DNA of 64,000 nucleotides from Candidatus Obscuribacteraceae bacterium (GCA_044226015.1 JBGAHS010000001.1:1-64000); one strand, 5' to 3'; counted from the first letter of the stretch, positions 21,541 through 32,447 are shown. Numbers and translations: made by a program. Notes: generated by a model not told the origin, from the letters alone.

Positions 21541-24500
21541 ATGACTCAAGAAACTTCAAACGAAAAAGACAGCAAAAAGAAAACGTCAGACGACGACGTT
21601 GAGCACCGTGATGTTGATGCTGGTCAGGAAGCGTCAAACCGCCTTGCTGCTGATGCCTGGTCTCGTCCTTCGGATGCAGCGAACAAAAGTTCGCCAAGCA
21701 CTGCTGAGCGCGTGGAGCAAAACAAGCCTTTTGCTGCCAAGGAAGATGCTGCTGTCCGCGAAAATGTTGAAAAGCTTGCTGCTTTGAGTGCGAAGTCGAA
21801 TCCTTCGGATTTGAGTCAATTGCGCAAGTTCGAAAGCTTCATTCCAAACATCAATAATCTCATCAAAATATCTAATGAGCAGAATGGCGAAAAGACAACT
21901 GAGCTCGATAGAGAAAGATTTAGCAAAGTTGTTGGCGTTATCGAAAAGTATAAGGGCAATCAGAACGCCTTAGACGAAGCCATTAAAAAAGATGATAAAG
22001 TCGAGATCGAAAAGCTTCTGAAAGAACAAGCTGAGATCAAAAAGCAGATGGAGTCAAAAGAGTTTAGAGCTGAACTCGACAAAACTGTTGAGGATTTTAG
22101 CCGTGGTTTTAACGCGTTGCGTGGTGGATTGGGCACCACATATGATGGCTTGCTGAAGAGCTTGGTCGAGTTTGGCAGAAAAATGCCATTAGAACAGTTG
22201 CCGCAAGATTTACCAACAGGTTTGAAGGGTTTTGCTGTCAGCAATGAACAGTTCAAAAGCATGGTTGAGCAAGGACAGTTCAAACTTCCTGAGAGAAAAC
22301 TCGCAGCAACAGAGCTGCCCACTGATAAGGATTTTCAAGAAATCGGTCGCCTCTTGCGCTTTACTGATGCGGCTCAAACTGAAGTTAATCGTGGCAAGTT
22401 AGAGCAACAGTGGAATCTCGCGAAAGATCGTTTGGGTCAGCTTGATGCAAGTGGCGAGAAAGCAAAGAACTGGTTTCCTGAAGACGTCAGTAAATTGACT
22501 GACGAACAAATAGAAAAGCGCCTGGCAGCGGCGACTCCGTGGATTCAAAAAGGACTGGAGGTTCAACGTTATGCTGAACTTCATCATCGTCTCAATAAAA
22601 TGATCAGCGACCAATTTAACTGGCCGAGCTGGTTGGGCGGAATTCCATCGAAATGGGATTCAAGCGCACTGGAGACGAATAAGGACCTTGTTTCAGTAAA
22701 CAAGGATGCGAAAACGGGCAAGGTCGACATCACGATCAAACTACCTGATTCGCTTGATAGAAACGACAGTAATACTGAAACCATTCGCCGAATGGATGAT
22801 TGGTTGGCGAAATATAAAGGGCCCGTTGACCAGGTGCTTGGTCAAATTGACAAAGCCAAAGGCGAAAACAACATAGTTTATTGGGGCGACATCAAGACTG
22901 ATGTTCGTGTCGATAAAGATGGAAACATGGTCGAGAAAGGTTGGAAAGACTCCGCCGGACGCCAGGTGTTTCAGGAGGCTGATGGACGCAAGTTCAGATT
23001 TACTGAAGATGGCACCAAGCAATCCGTTCCAAGCAGCGAAAAATTGACTGAGCAGGAATTTCGCCTCATCAATGGAAAGACTGTTTGGGTCGAAAAAGGT
23101 GAAGAAATCAACGACGTAAACGTGATGAGCTTCCGCACCGATGCTAAGGAAGTCAAAGGACCAAATGGCGAGCCTCTAATTGAGATCAAACAAGTTCAAA
23201 CAATGGAATATGCTCACTTGCTTTCTTACCAGGGAATCGGATGGGTAAGCGAAGTGAAAACCATGGGTGGTGACATCAAAGCTGAGAAACTGAAAGCTGA
23301 TGCCACCATTGCTGCTGAGAAGGGTGCCGTTGGTGGACGTAGAGAAGGCAAAGCAGGAGATTACCTGGTAACACTTTCGGATGGCAGACAGCAATTTGTT
23401 GATGCTACCAGTTTCGAAAAACTGTATCGTGCGAAGGATGGTAAGCCTGGCGAATTTGAAGAGAAGCCGAAAACCTACAAGCCTGATGATTGGGTTGTAG
23501 TTTATAGAACTGACAGCGGTATGCCGCAGCCCACATTAATGCAAGCTAAAGATGTTCCATCATTTTGCTCATCTCAAGCAAAATGGCACTACGGATCCAA
23601 GATAGTCACAGCAGCTGTTGATGCTGCGATGTTGATTAGCGGAGTAGCTGAAGTTAGAGCTGCCATGGTCGGAGTGGAAGCTGCTGCTGGCACAGCTGCT
23701 AAGCTCACAACCATGCAGGTTTTAGGCAAGGCTCTTTTGACCAATCAAGGCGCTTTTGGCGCGTTTCATGCGGGGCTCGGTGCAACCGGATTCCTCGGAC
23801 AGGGCATTGAAAACATTGGACCAGTCGGTAAAACCTTTATGCAAGTGCGTGCATTTGCGATGATAGCTGACCTCGGTTACACTGCAATTGGAAGACCATT
23901 TACACCGGCGCCATTCGCACCGACTGCTGAACAGATAGCTGGTACTGGTTCATTTTCCAGAGCATTGTTGAACTTCAATCGTGCGTTTAACGAAGTTCCA
24001 ATGACACAGCTTTTGCGCCTCGACAAGGCCGCGGATTATCTCGGTAAGTTCCAGGCAGTTCAAAAAGTTGGCTCATATCTTTCACCGTTTGGAACCGCGG
24101 TTGGCAAAATACCGTTCGCCAATAAAGTTGGTAACTTTGCAGCTGAAGCTTCTTTAGGAAGAGTACAGTCGCTCGGCGCTGATGTGTTTTTCTTGACCGA
24201 CATCGGTATGCGCCAGATTCCTGGAATCTACAATCGCGCAGCTGGAGTTGATAAGCAAGCAGTTCAGCAAAATGCTGCACTTGAGCGTCGCTGGGTGCAG
24301 GCTAGTTTGCCGGAAAATCAGAAGACACCAAGTTCTTTTGATAAACAAACGATGCTTCGCATTGATGCATTCAAATCTGAACTTGCTGATGTGTCCAAGC
24401 TGCCCGCTGCAGATGCTAGCCGTGTTGCTTTCAACAAGAAGCTTATTGATACAGTGAAAAATGAAAACGCAGATGCTAAAGATCGCTTTGCGGCGGCTTT

Positions 24501-27500
24501 TGCGCTAGTAGAATTGAATGCAAATGCTGATGGCAAGTTGCCGGAAAAAATTTCGGCTGCAGACTCTAGCATTGATAGAACCGCTCTGCACAAGTTCGTG
24601 GATTCGCAACGCTATTTGCAGGCTAAGGAAGTTCTCGCTGGCTATCAACAGAACTTGAAGGTTCATGTAAGCCCAGAAGTACAGGCAAAGCTAGACAAGG
24701 TTGGCGAACAATCTAAAGCTGCCTTCAGTGACAACGCAGCAGATCGTGACAAGGCAATGTCTGAGTTGATTTCAACTTTCAATTCAAGCAGTGCCAGCCC
24801 GGAAGAGAAGCTGATGGCTGCTTCTGCAATTCTGTTCGCTCGTCGTCGCGATCAGGAAGGCAAGCTAAGCGAAACTGTCACCGCTAATGGTGCCTCGTTG
24901 AAAGCTCAGGCGCTCGTTGATTTCCTTTATGCTAACTCACAATCAAAGCAGGGCTCTGGTTCTGATATCCGTGACAACGCTGGGCATATGAGGCTTTACG
25001 CGGGCGACATGCTTCTGCGTCTCGACACTGATAAGTTTAGTGCAGCGGATATGAGCCAAATATGCTTGAGCATAGTGAATGACACCAAAGCACCTGCTGA
25101 CCCAGCTGCAAAAGAAAAGTGGATGCAACTGAAAATGCAAGCCATGGTTGATGCCAACGGCATGCGCCTCGGTGATCTCTACGAATTGATGAAGACTCGA
25201 ATTGAGCCCGAAATTGCTGGTATGTCGGACGGCGATCTCGCCAGTCAGCAAGCAAAAGGTAAAGCGCTTGGCTCTCTGCAAGGACGCGACTCAGAAGCTA
25301 TTAGGAGTACGCTGGAAGGACTTCGCAACACTAGCGACCCTCGCCTTGCTGCTTTAGCTTCTTACATGTTGTACGCTGCTAACTCTCCTCGTCCAACTGA
25401 AAGAATTGAAGATTTGGCACGTTTGCAAAAGAGTGCTGACAGCTTGAAGTGGCCTCAGAGTTTTGATAAGCAAGAACAAGAGCGCTGGGCTCAAGCCGCT
25501 ATGGCTGACATTCAGCAAAAGTTATCGGCCGATTTGCCGGGCGCTTCTGGAGAAGCGTTTGATAAAGCAAGCTGGAATAAATTCAGAGCAGCTGAGCAAC
25601 TCATCGCTAAGAATACTGACTTGAAGGCTAACCCCCAAGTTCAAGCTGAAATCAACAAAGCGCTCATGACGCTCATCTCTGGAGACAACCCGGCACTGGC
25701 CGCTCGCGTGCTTCCAATTTTGATGGGACGAATGCAAGCTTATCAATCTATCTTCAAGCAAATGAAGCCTGAAGAAATGACTGAACAAATGAAGACCTTA
25801 AGAGATGGAATGTTCGCCTCCGGAGCTATTCTTGACACAATTCGAGAAAATTCGATCGACTTGCTCAAGGATTCCTCCAATTATTCAACCTACACTTCTC
25901 GCGTCGATAACCTTTCTGCTGATCTTCAAAAGATGAAAGAAGGGTACGAAGGGGCGCGCGCAAAGATGACCGAAAACGAGCGTGCCGAAGTCGAAGCTCA
26001 AATCGCCGAGCTTTCACGTGCACACTCTGAAGCCAGTGCCGCTCCGGTTGCTCTGAAGAAAGCTCTGCTAGCAAGTTTGTCCGATATGAACAGTCTTGCT
26101 CAGACAAATCCACTCGGTGCTGCAGAAGTTGATCGAACCACCTTGCAAAAGACGGTTCAAGATTTGGCTCTGGTAAGTGCTGAGCGTCCTGAGACAATTT
26201 CGCCTGAATTGCGCGCCCAAGCGATTAAGACATTGGGTGCTCTAGCTACTGATCGCAGTTCTGCAGGCAACGTGTTGGCGAAAGCGCTGGCTGACGACCC
26301 GAGCCCGATGGTGCGCAAGGCGGCTGTTGATGCGTTGAAGAAGGTCGCGCCAGATAATCTGCAAGCGCTTTGCTTGAAACAATTAACTGTTGAAAAACAT
26401 CCTGAAGTTGCGAAAGCTCTTCGTGAGGTTGAGTTCCAAAACCGTCGTCCTGATGTTAACAGCAAGGAATATCAGGACAAGTTCAATGAAGCAAAGATTG
26501 CTTTGATCAATCAAGCTGCTCATCCAATTACGGGGTCAGAAGCCTATCTCAAAGCCAATGAGGATCTGAAGTTTCTCGATGGCAATGTCCTTCGCGGTCA
26601 AGCGTACAATGATTTGAAGGACCTTTATTTCAATAGTGTTGGTGGATTTTTCCGTTTCGCCTGGGAAGGTGAGTCTGGCGTCGACAAAGACCATGCTGCG
26701 CTGTTGGAAAAATACGCCGGGTACATGCGTAAGTCTATGGATGCGCTTGGAACTAAGGCTGCAACGGACGACCAGGCGCTCAACGCGCTGGTATATATCG
26801 CACTTTCTAATGGACGTCCTTTGCTCAAGGACGATCGTTCGTGGGGTACTGAAGCAGCTACCCAGAAGTTGAAGGAAATTTGCCAGAACGCCAGCCCGGA
26901 AAGAGCTAAGCAAATCGCATGGTCTGTGGAGCAGCTGCTCTTGCATCAACCTTCAATGAGTGCAAAAGGTCGTCAGAATGTACTCGATGCATTGAAATCC
27001 GTTGTCGCCAAGCCTGGACAAGGTGGCTTGAGTGATGATCAGGTTTCAACATTACTTGCGACTGCTCTTCAACGCGAGTTGAGGAATACTCCAGCGCCAG
27101 GTGCAAAAGATTTTGCTGAACGTGAGAAGTTGCAGCTTGATCTGGTAAATACGCTTTCAGAGCCACGCTTCAGAAACAAGAATGCTCTTCCAATATTGGA
27201 AGCAATTGCAAGTGGAACTCCTAAATTCACCGTTAACCGCGGTGATGATGGAAACGTCAACAAAGTTCAATACTCTAATGGAACGTCGAGAGAGCTTGTT
27301 ACTCGTAATGGCGTGCCTGTGAGATACGTGTTCCGCGATAGTGCGGGCAAGGAAGATGGATGGACGCCCGATGCTAGCAAGCCTAACACCTGGTATCGCG
27401 AATCTGACAAGGAAAGGAAAGCCCCCTGGACTGGCACCATCAGATTTGATAATAAGACAGGCGATTATATTACCGAGAGTGGTAATTACAAGTCAGTGCT

Positions 27501-29250
27501 CAAACCAAGTGGTGGCACTGTTGAGACCGTTGATGGCAAGGTTTCAAAAGTTACCTACCCCGATGGCAGCAACCGCTTATTCGAGCCACCTGGTGAGAAT
27601 TTTGCAAAGGTAACCTTTACCGAAAAAGATGGTAAGACGAAGCAAGTTCTCAATCGTGAGGGCAATACCAATACTTTCTTTGCCGCAGAAGATTCAGCAA
27701 AGAAGACACCTCTGCAAATGCAAAGTCAGGTCGATGCGAACACTGGCGATTACGTTACTGTAGTTAATGGTGTCAGAACTGTCGAGCGGATGGATGGATC
27801 TAAATCGCAGATCAAAGATGGCGTAATGTCTGACACCAGAGCAACATCGAGCATTGCTTATAGCACGAGCTTGGATAGTGTTCGCGCTAAAGCTCAGGCT
27901 CTCATCGCTCAAATGGCTGACCGTAGTGATTCTCTTCGTCTGCAAGCCGTAGCGCCAGATGGCTTTAATGCCGAGCGTTCCGCAAAGGCAATTGCCGATG
28001 AATTGATCAATCCTAATGCTAGCTCTGAGAGAGTTGGTCGTGCAATCGCACTGTCTGGAAAACTCCCAGCCATTGCTGACGACAATGACCCACGGCGCGC
28101 ACCGCTGGCGATGGCAGCACGCGATGGGCATGAACTCGTCCGTCTCATGGCTGCTAGAGAATTGGCTAGAAGCAGCAATGAGGAAGATCGCAAATTGGCT
28201 TATAGCGTTCTTTCGGGGCTCGAAAAGCAAGGCTCAAGGCAGGGATACGTTGCCGAGGCACATGAATTGATTGGACAGATCATGGCTGACACCAAGGTAT
28301 CAGCAACAGATAAGCAAGCCCTCGATGCAGCTCGTCAAACAGCAACATCTCTTGATGGTGCCACTTACAGAGCAGATCAAAGAACCTCAGACCTTTCATC
28401 AAATCTCGACTACCAGGATGCTTACGAACGCGCTGTTATAGATTTGAAAGAAAACGCGTTGAAATCTCGAAATCTCGCACAATATCAAGGCAGCGACAAC
28501 TGGTTTGCTAAGAGTGATAAGTACAAACTGCTCGACATCGACAAACTAGTTGAGGGCGTTAAGCAAGCTGTGCATGATGCCTACCCTGGTCCTATCGCGT
28601 GGGTATTCACGAGTCAAGCTACAATCGACCGCAAGTGCAAAGAAGCTGCCGATGGAGTTCGCGAAAATCAGCGAAGACAGTTCGCAGCACTAGGTGAGGA
28701 GGCAAAGCTTGCTGGAGACGCTGGAAAACAGGCTCGCGAAGCGCTTGCTTCAATCGTTATCTCGCAAGGTCAACCTTTTGCTGAGGGATATAGAAACTGG
28801 GCGATCGTAGAAGCGGCCGTTATGATGCAGAAATGCATTAAGGATGGTCATCCAGGCGCTCGCGATATGGTCTGGGCAGTGCAAGCTGCGTTGGTTGAAG
28901 AACCATCTCTAAATCCTGTCGCTCGTTCTTACCTGATTAGTGCTATCGACTATGCTAAAGAGCGTGGCATCCTTGACTCTAAGCAAGCCAGCATCACTGT
29001 GGCGGCTGGGTTGGAAAGCGAGTTCCAGGGAATGCCACCGAAGACCAACGCGAAGGCTTATGCTGACAGTATTTCAAATCAGAAGTATGCAATTGCGCTA
29101 ATAAGCAACTGGGGTAATGTAGAAGCTACGCCTGTTTTGGATGCGATGGCTAAGCATCATCCGGATGCTGAAGTAAGAAGAGCTGCTTCTGATGCGATCA
29201 CCTACTTCAAGCTTCGTGAAGAGGCGTCAAAGCTTAGAGGACGCAGGTAG
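21541..29250 (+). CDS. Giant 2569-aa protein with HEAT-like repeats, a hydrophobic central segment and YD-like beta repeats
   Basis: Uninterrupted ORF. HEAT-like LADDPSPMVRKAAVDAL and HHPDAEVRRAASDAI; beta-repeat-like VQYSNGTSR and VTYPDGSNR. Confidence 0.85.
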   Translation: MTQETSNEKDSKKKTSDDDVEHRDVDAGQEASNRLAADAWSRPSDAANKSSPSTAERVEQNKPFAAKEDAAVRENVEKLAALSAKSNPSDLSQLRKFESFIPNINNLIKISNEQNGEKTTELDRERFSKVVGVIEKYKGNQNALDEAIKKDDKVEIEKLLKEQAEIKKQMESKEFRAELDKTVEDFSRGFNALRGGLGTTYDGLLKSLVEFGRKMPLEQLPQDLPTGLKGFAVSNEQFKSMVEQGQFKLPERKLAATELPTDKDFQEIGRLLRFTDAAQTEVNRGKLEQQWNLAKDRLGQLDASGEKAKNWFPEDVSKLTDEQIEKRLAAATPWIQKGLEVQRYAELHHRLNKMISDQFNWPSWLGGIPSKWDSSALETNKDLVSVNKDAKTGKVDITIKLPDSLDRNDSNTETIRRMDDWLAKYKGPVDQVLGQIDKAKGENNIVYWGDIKTDVRVDKDGNMVEKGWKDSAGRQVFQEADGRKFRFTEDGTKQSVPSSEKLTEQEFRLINGKTVWVEKGEEINDVNVMSFRTDAKEVKGPNGEPLIEIKQVQTMEYAHLLSYQGIGWVSEVKTMGGDIKAEKLKADATIAAEKGAVGGRREGKAGDYLVTLSDGRQQFVDATSFEKLYRAKDGKPGEFEEKPKTYKPDDWVVVYRTDSGMPQPTLMQAKDVPSFCSSQAKWHYGSKIVTAAVDAAMLISGVAEVRAAMVGVEAAAGTAAKLTTMQVLGKALLTNQGAFGAFHAGLGATGFLGQGIENIGPVGKTFMQVRAFAMIADLGYTAIGRPFTPAPFAPTAEQIAGTGSFSRALLNFNRAFNEVPMTQLLRLDKAADYLGKFQAVQKVGSYLSPFGTAVGKIPFANKVGNFAAEASLGRVQSLGADVFFLTDIGMRQIPGIYNRAAGVDKQAVQQNAALERRWVQASLPENQKTPSSFDKQTMLRIDAFKSELADVSKLPAADASRVAFNKKLIDTVKNENADAKDRFAAAFALVELNANADGKLPEKISAADSSIDRTALHKFVDSQRYLQAKEVLAGYQQNLKVHVSPEVQAKLDKVGEQSKAAFSDNAADRDKAMSELISTFNSSSASPEEKLMAASAILFARRRDQEGKLSETVTANGASLKAQALVDFLYANSQSKQGSGSDIRDNAGHMRLYAGDMLLRLDTDKFSAADMSQICLSIVNDTKAPADPAAKEKWMQLKMQAMVDANGMRLGDLYELMKTRIEPEIAGMSDGDLASQQAKGKALGSLQGRDSEAIRSTLEGLRNTSDPRLAALASYMLYAANSPRPTERIEDLARLQKSADSLKWPQSFDKQEQERWAQAAMADIQQKLSADLPGASGEAFDKASWNKFRAAEQLIAKNTDLKANPQVQAEINKALMTLISGDNPALAARVLPILMGRMQAYQSIFKQMKPEEMTEQMKTLRDGMFASGAILDTIRENSIDLLKDSSNYSTYTSRVDNLSADLQKMKEGYEGARAKMTENERAEVEAQIAELSRAHSEASAAPVALKKALLASLSDMNSLAQTNPLGAAEVDRTTLQKTVQDLALVSAERPETISPELRAQAIKTLGALATDRSSAGNVLAKALADDPSPMVRKAAVDALKKVAPDNLQALCLKQLTVEKHPEVAKALREVEFQNRRPDVNSKEYQDKFNEAKIALINQAAHPITGSEAYLKANEDLKFLDGNVLRGQAYNDLKDLYFNSVGGFFRFAWEGESGVDKDHAALLEKYAGYMRKSMDALGTKAATDDQALNALVYIALSNGRPLLKDDRSWGTEAATQKLKEICQNASPERAKQIAWSVEQLLLHQPSMSAKGRQNVLDALKSVVAKPGQGGLSDDQVSTLLATALQRELRNTPAPGAKDFAEREKLQLDLVNTLSEPRFRNKNALPILEAIASGTPKFTVNRGDDGNVNKVQYSNGTSRELVTRNGVPVRYVFRDSAGKEDGWTPDASKPNTWYRESDKERKAPWTGTIRFDNKTGDYITESGNYKSVLKPSGGTVETVDGKVSKVTYPDGSNRLFEPPGENFAKVTFTEKDGKTKQVLNREGNTNTFFAAEDSAKKTPLQMQSQVDANTGDYVTVVNGVRTVERMDGSKSQIKDGVMSDTRATSSIAYSTSLDSVRAKAQALIAQMADRSDSLRLQAVAPDGFNAERSAKAIADELINPNASSERVGRAIALSGKLPAIADDNDPRRAPLAMAARDGHELVRLMAARELARSSNEEDRKLAYSVLSGLEKQGSRQGYVAEAHELIGQIMADTKVSATDKQALDAARQTATSLDGATYRADQRTSDLSSNLDYQDAYERAVIDLKENALKSRNLAQYQGSDNWFAKSDKYKLLDIDKLVEGVKQAVHDAYPGPIAWVFTSQATIDRKCKEAADGVRENQRRQFAALGEEAKLAGDAGKQAREALASIVISQGQPFAEGYRNWAIVEAAVMMQKCIKDGHPGARDMVWAVQAALVEEPSLNPVARSYLISAIDYAKERGILDSKQASITVAAGLESEFQGMPPKTNAKAYADSISNQKYAIALISNWGNVEATPVLDAMAKHHPDAEVRRAASDAITYFKLREEASKLRGRR

Positions 29251-29387
29251 TAAATTGATTTTGAAGTAAGTGGGCAGGTAGCTTTCTCAGGTGCTGAAGC
29301 CAACTAGACTTGGGTGAATTCGCTTGCCGTGCTATTTCCAGCCGCTGTGCAAGATTTCGAATGCCGCCGCGCGTTATTCTCAATGCA

Positions 29388-29421
29388 AAAGAGTGCCGCG
29401 GTATATTTTGCGGCACTCTTT
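29388..29421. terminator. Bidirectional terminator hairpin
   Basis: aaagagtgccgc / gcggcactcttt between convergent genes. Confidence 0.8.
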
Positions 29422-29468
29422 GCTAGGGTTCACTTCTATCGTTGGTCGGAAACTGATCGGAATACGTT

Positions 29469-30236
29469 TTATGCAGGACGCAGCGAGGCGTTCATAAAGG
29501 TGACAATCTTTTCTACGTTGGCTTTGTTTCGTCCACCATCGACTGCAAGGGTGTAGCCGAATAGAAGGTCCTCAATGGCACTTAATCTAGGTTGGCTACT
29601 GACCGTTAACTGAGTGCGATTTGAAGCAATCTCTGTGACTTGCACTTTTACTTCCTGCGAACTCGCCTCTTTTCTTTTAGGAGCCAGGCAAGTGATTGTT
29701 CCTGATTGTTCGTCGGCATGAGTCAGGCTAGAACCAGCGATTGAAAGTGCGCCACCAAGAGCGAGTTCATACGATTCTTTAGCGCTCAAAGGAAGCTCGA
29801 TAATGCGTGCCTGATATGGAGTCTCTTGTTTATATCGAAAGACCCAGGCAAGAAGCATTGAGAATGGAGCCATTATGGTTGTGAAATATACAACAAAAAC
29901 CAGATTCGCCAATGCTCCCTGTAATGGTCCCCATCCATAGAGATGAACATTGAATGCGGTGAGAAGCGCATAGACGAACATTGTGCTTCCAGCCGCGTAT
30001 GTTAAAGATGCCAGACTTATTCTATTGAGCACCGTCAGTAGTGCCTTCTTGTCACCGAGTCCATCCAGGATAGAATCACTAATTTTGTGTACCTTGCTTT
30101 GCTTCATTGTGCCAATCGATTGAGTTTTGTTGCTTTCTTCGATTGCATTTTGTCTTGCTTCAACTAGATTCATCTCAGTAGATTCTTTTTGCATGATTCG
30201 TGTCCTCAGGTAGCTGTCATTCGCTTGTGAGTACAT
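29469..30236 (-). CDS. Hypothetical membrane protein (2 TM helices plus a soluble C-terminal domain); start uncertain
   Basis: ORF with two hydrophobic helices. Confidence 0.65.
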   Translation of the reverse strand: MYSQANDSYLRTRIMQKESTEMNLVEARQNAIEESNKTQSIGTMKQSKVHKISDSILDGLGDKKALLTVLNRISLASLTYAAGSTMFVYALLTAFNVHLYGWGPLQGALANLVFVVYFTTIMAPFSMLLAWVFRYKQETPYQARIIELPLSAKESYELALGGALSIAGSSLTHADEQSGTITCLAPKRKEASSQEVKVQVTEIASNRTQLTVSSQPRLSAIEDLLFGYTLAVDGGRNKANVEKIVTFMNASLRPA

Positions 30237-30393
30237 AATCTCATTTTGCTTGTGGCGAAAAACTCAGAGGATGCCTCAGGCGGTTTAGGGTTTTCCCTAA
30301 AGTGACTTGGTGAAAAGAGCTTGAATTTCCATAAAAGCAATGAGAACCGCAAATTGCGGGCACAATAGGTAGGACTAGACAGGCAACTGGTTA

Positions 30394-31491
30394 ATGCTAG
30401 GCAAATTGAACTCACGAATGCTAAATGTAGGTATTGGCGCTCTTGCAGGCGCTTTACTCTGGTTCATTTGGCAGGCAGCGACAACGACGCCACCTGAGAC
30501 ACAGTCGATTCTGGCAAGGTTCTTCCTGTCGAAGCTTCTCTTCGGTGCATCTTCGGCTGCCGAGACGTTTTTTACTCAGCATGGTCGTGACTGGACACGA
30601 ACGACCAATCCTATTGTATTTTTGCCAGTTAGCGTTTTCTTTGCCATAGCTTTTGCCGTTTTGGGACCATTGCATCGCATGATTCTCTGGTTCGTCACAG
30701 CTGCAGTTTGGACCATAACGGCTTTGGTGATTTTTGAAACGCAACGACTCATAATTCCATATGGTGGACCATTCATTTTGATCACTTTTCTCTACGTTAG
30801 CGGAACCCTGATTAACCTGGAGTCTGAGAAGATTGAAAGAAGCAGAAAGCTTGCTCGCGATCTCCAGATAGAGGCTGAAGAAGAACGAAAGCGAATTGCT
30901 AATGATTTGCACGACGAAGTATTGCCGTCACTCTCACGGGTGATGCGAATGGCAGATCAACTGCAAGAGGAAAATCAAGATAGCCAGATTCCGCAGGAAA
31001 TGAGAACAAGGCTAGAATCGACTGTGATGGAAATGCGTGCTGTAATAAATGATTTGCATCCTGCTATATTGGAGAATTTGGGTCTGGCTGCTGCGCTTCA
31101 ACATCTGGTCAACAGGTTAGGGCTAGATACAAACATTCAAGCGGAATTCGTTGATGGAAGTAGTGGTGTCACACTGCCACCATTCGAATCCTTGTGTGTA
31201 TTTCGAATAGCACAAGAAGCTCTCAACAATGTAGAGAAACACTCTGGTGCAACTCGTCTCATGGCTTCCCTTGAGAAAACTCAGTCTGGACTGTGCTTGC
31301 GCGTCTCTGATGATGGGCAGGGTGGCGTAAAGGAAAAAGCAGAGTCACACGGTCTTAAAAGTATTCAAGACAGAGCAAGGCTCATAGGAGGAAGAGTGGA
31401 GTGGAAAGCACCTGATAAATTCCCGAGTGGTACCATGTTAGTTCTTATTTTGCCGCTGTCGGTGGAGTCACCGAAGCAGAAAGGAGCCTGA
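30394..31491 (+). CDS. Membrane sensor histidine kinase (HisKA_3/NarX type)
   Basis: EERKRIANDLHDE, FRIAQEALNNVEKHS, DDGQG and GLKSIQDR. Confidence 0.93.
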   Translation: MLGKLNSRMLNVGIGALAGALLWFIWQAATTTPPETQSILARFFLSKLLFGASSAAETFFTQHGRDWTRTTNPIVFLPVSVFFAIAFAVLGPLHRMILWFVTAAVWTITALVIFETQRLIIPYGGPFILITFLYVSGTLINLESEKIERSRKLARDLQIEAEEERKRIANDLHDEVLPSLSRVMRMADQLQEENQDSQIPQEMRTRLESTVMEMRAVINDLHPAILENLGLAAALQHLVNRLGLDTNIQAEFVDGSSGVTLPPFESLCVFRIAQEALNNVEKHSGATRLMASLEKTQSGLCLRVSDDGQGGVKEKAESHGLKSIQDRARLIGGRVEWKAPDKFPSGTMLVLILPLSVESPKQKGA

Positions 31492-32192
31492 TGCCGCTAG
31501 TCGTTGCTGATGATCACGAACGTGAGCGCAGTTGGTTGCGAGAATTGCTCAGCAAGCACTTTCCAGCTCAGCTGCCGCTGTACGAAGCCAACAATGGGCA
31601 AGAGGCAGTGGACCTCGTGAAGCAGCACAAGCCTTCTGTGGTGTGCCTGGACATTGAAATGCCCATTCTGTCTGGAATGAGGGCTGCAGAGGCAATTCTA
31701 GAAGCTCTACCCCAGACTGGTGTCATCATTCTCTCAAATCATTCTGATGAAATATGGGTGCGACAGCTCTGGAAAATAATGCCGTCACATGGCGCGTTTG
31801 CTTATGTGCTGAAAGACGCTACAGATAAGCAGATTGTAGAAGCGATTGAAACGGTGCTTAGTGGCGATTGTTGGATTCATCCGCGAATTCAGCGTATCTT
31901 GTTGAAGACAAACTCGAAAGGCGACAATCTGACCGATGCAGAATTCGAGGTACTGGCTTACGTTTGTCTGGGCTTAACAGACAGAGCAATTGGAAAACGT
32001 CTCTACCTCACTGATAAAGCAATACAGGCAAGGCTGAAATCAGTTTATTTGAAATTGAACATTCCTTTAAAAGGAACTACCGAAGAGGACGAATTCAACC
32101 ACAGGTGTCGGGCAATAAATACAGCGCTGCGACGAGGTCTGGTGAACAAGACTCAGCTTGAAGAATGGGAACAGAAGGTTCACCTTTGCTGA
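31491..32192 (+). CDS. NarL/LuxR-family response regulator
   Basis: Receiver domain (ADDH, LDIEMP) and HTH (LTDAEFEVL...GLTDRAIG); overlaps the kinase stop (TGATG). Confidence 0.93.
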   Translation: MPLVVADDHERERSWLRELLSKHFPAQLPLYEANNGQEAVDLVKQHKPSVVCLDIEMPILSGMRAAEAILEALPQTGVIILSNHSDEIWVRQLWKIMPSHGAFAYVLKDATDKQIVEAIETVLSGDCWIHPRIQRILLKTNSKGDNLTDAEFEVLAYVCLGLTDRAIGKRLYLTDKAIQARLKSVYLKLNIPLKGTTEEDEFNHRCRAINTALRRGLVNKTQLEEWEQKVHLC

Positions 32193-32265
32193 TATTGTTT
32201 AAGGCTATTGGATACATAAAAAGTGCTGATATTGCTTAAGGCTATTGGATAAATAACAGGTGCTG
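32187..32265. repeat. 37-bp direct repeat, two copies plus the start of a third
   Basis: tgctgatattgyttaaggctattggatamataa at 32187 and 32224; tgctg again at 32261. Confidence 0.85.
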
Positions 32266-32447
32266 CGCAGGGGCACTGTCTGCTTGTGCGCTAATCACGT
32301 TTTGAAATACTCAGCGACAGATTACAGTCCTTAAGAATTGCCTATTCTTAGTGGGTGAAATACGAAGCAGATGAGCGCGCTTAAATCGTCACCTTTACAT
32401 CCTTAACTTATATTGGTGACAGGATTGCTAATTAAGGAAGAAGTGCG

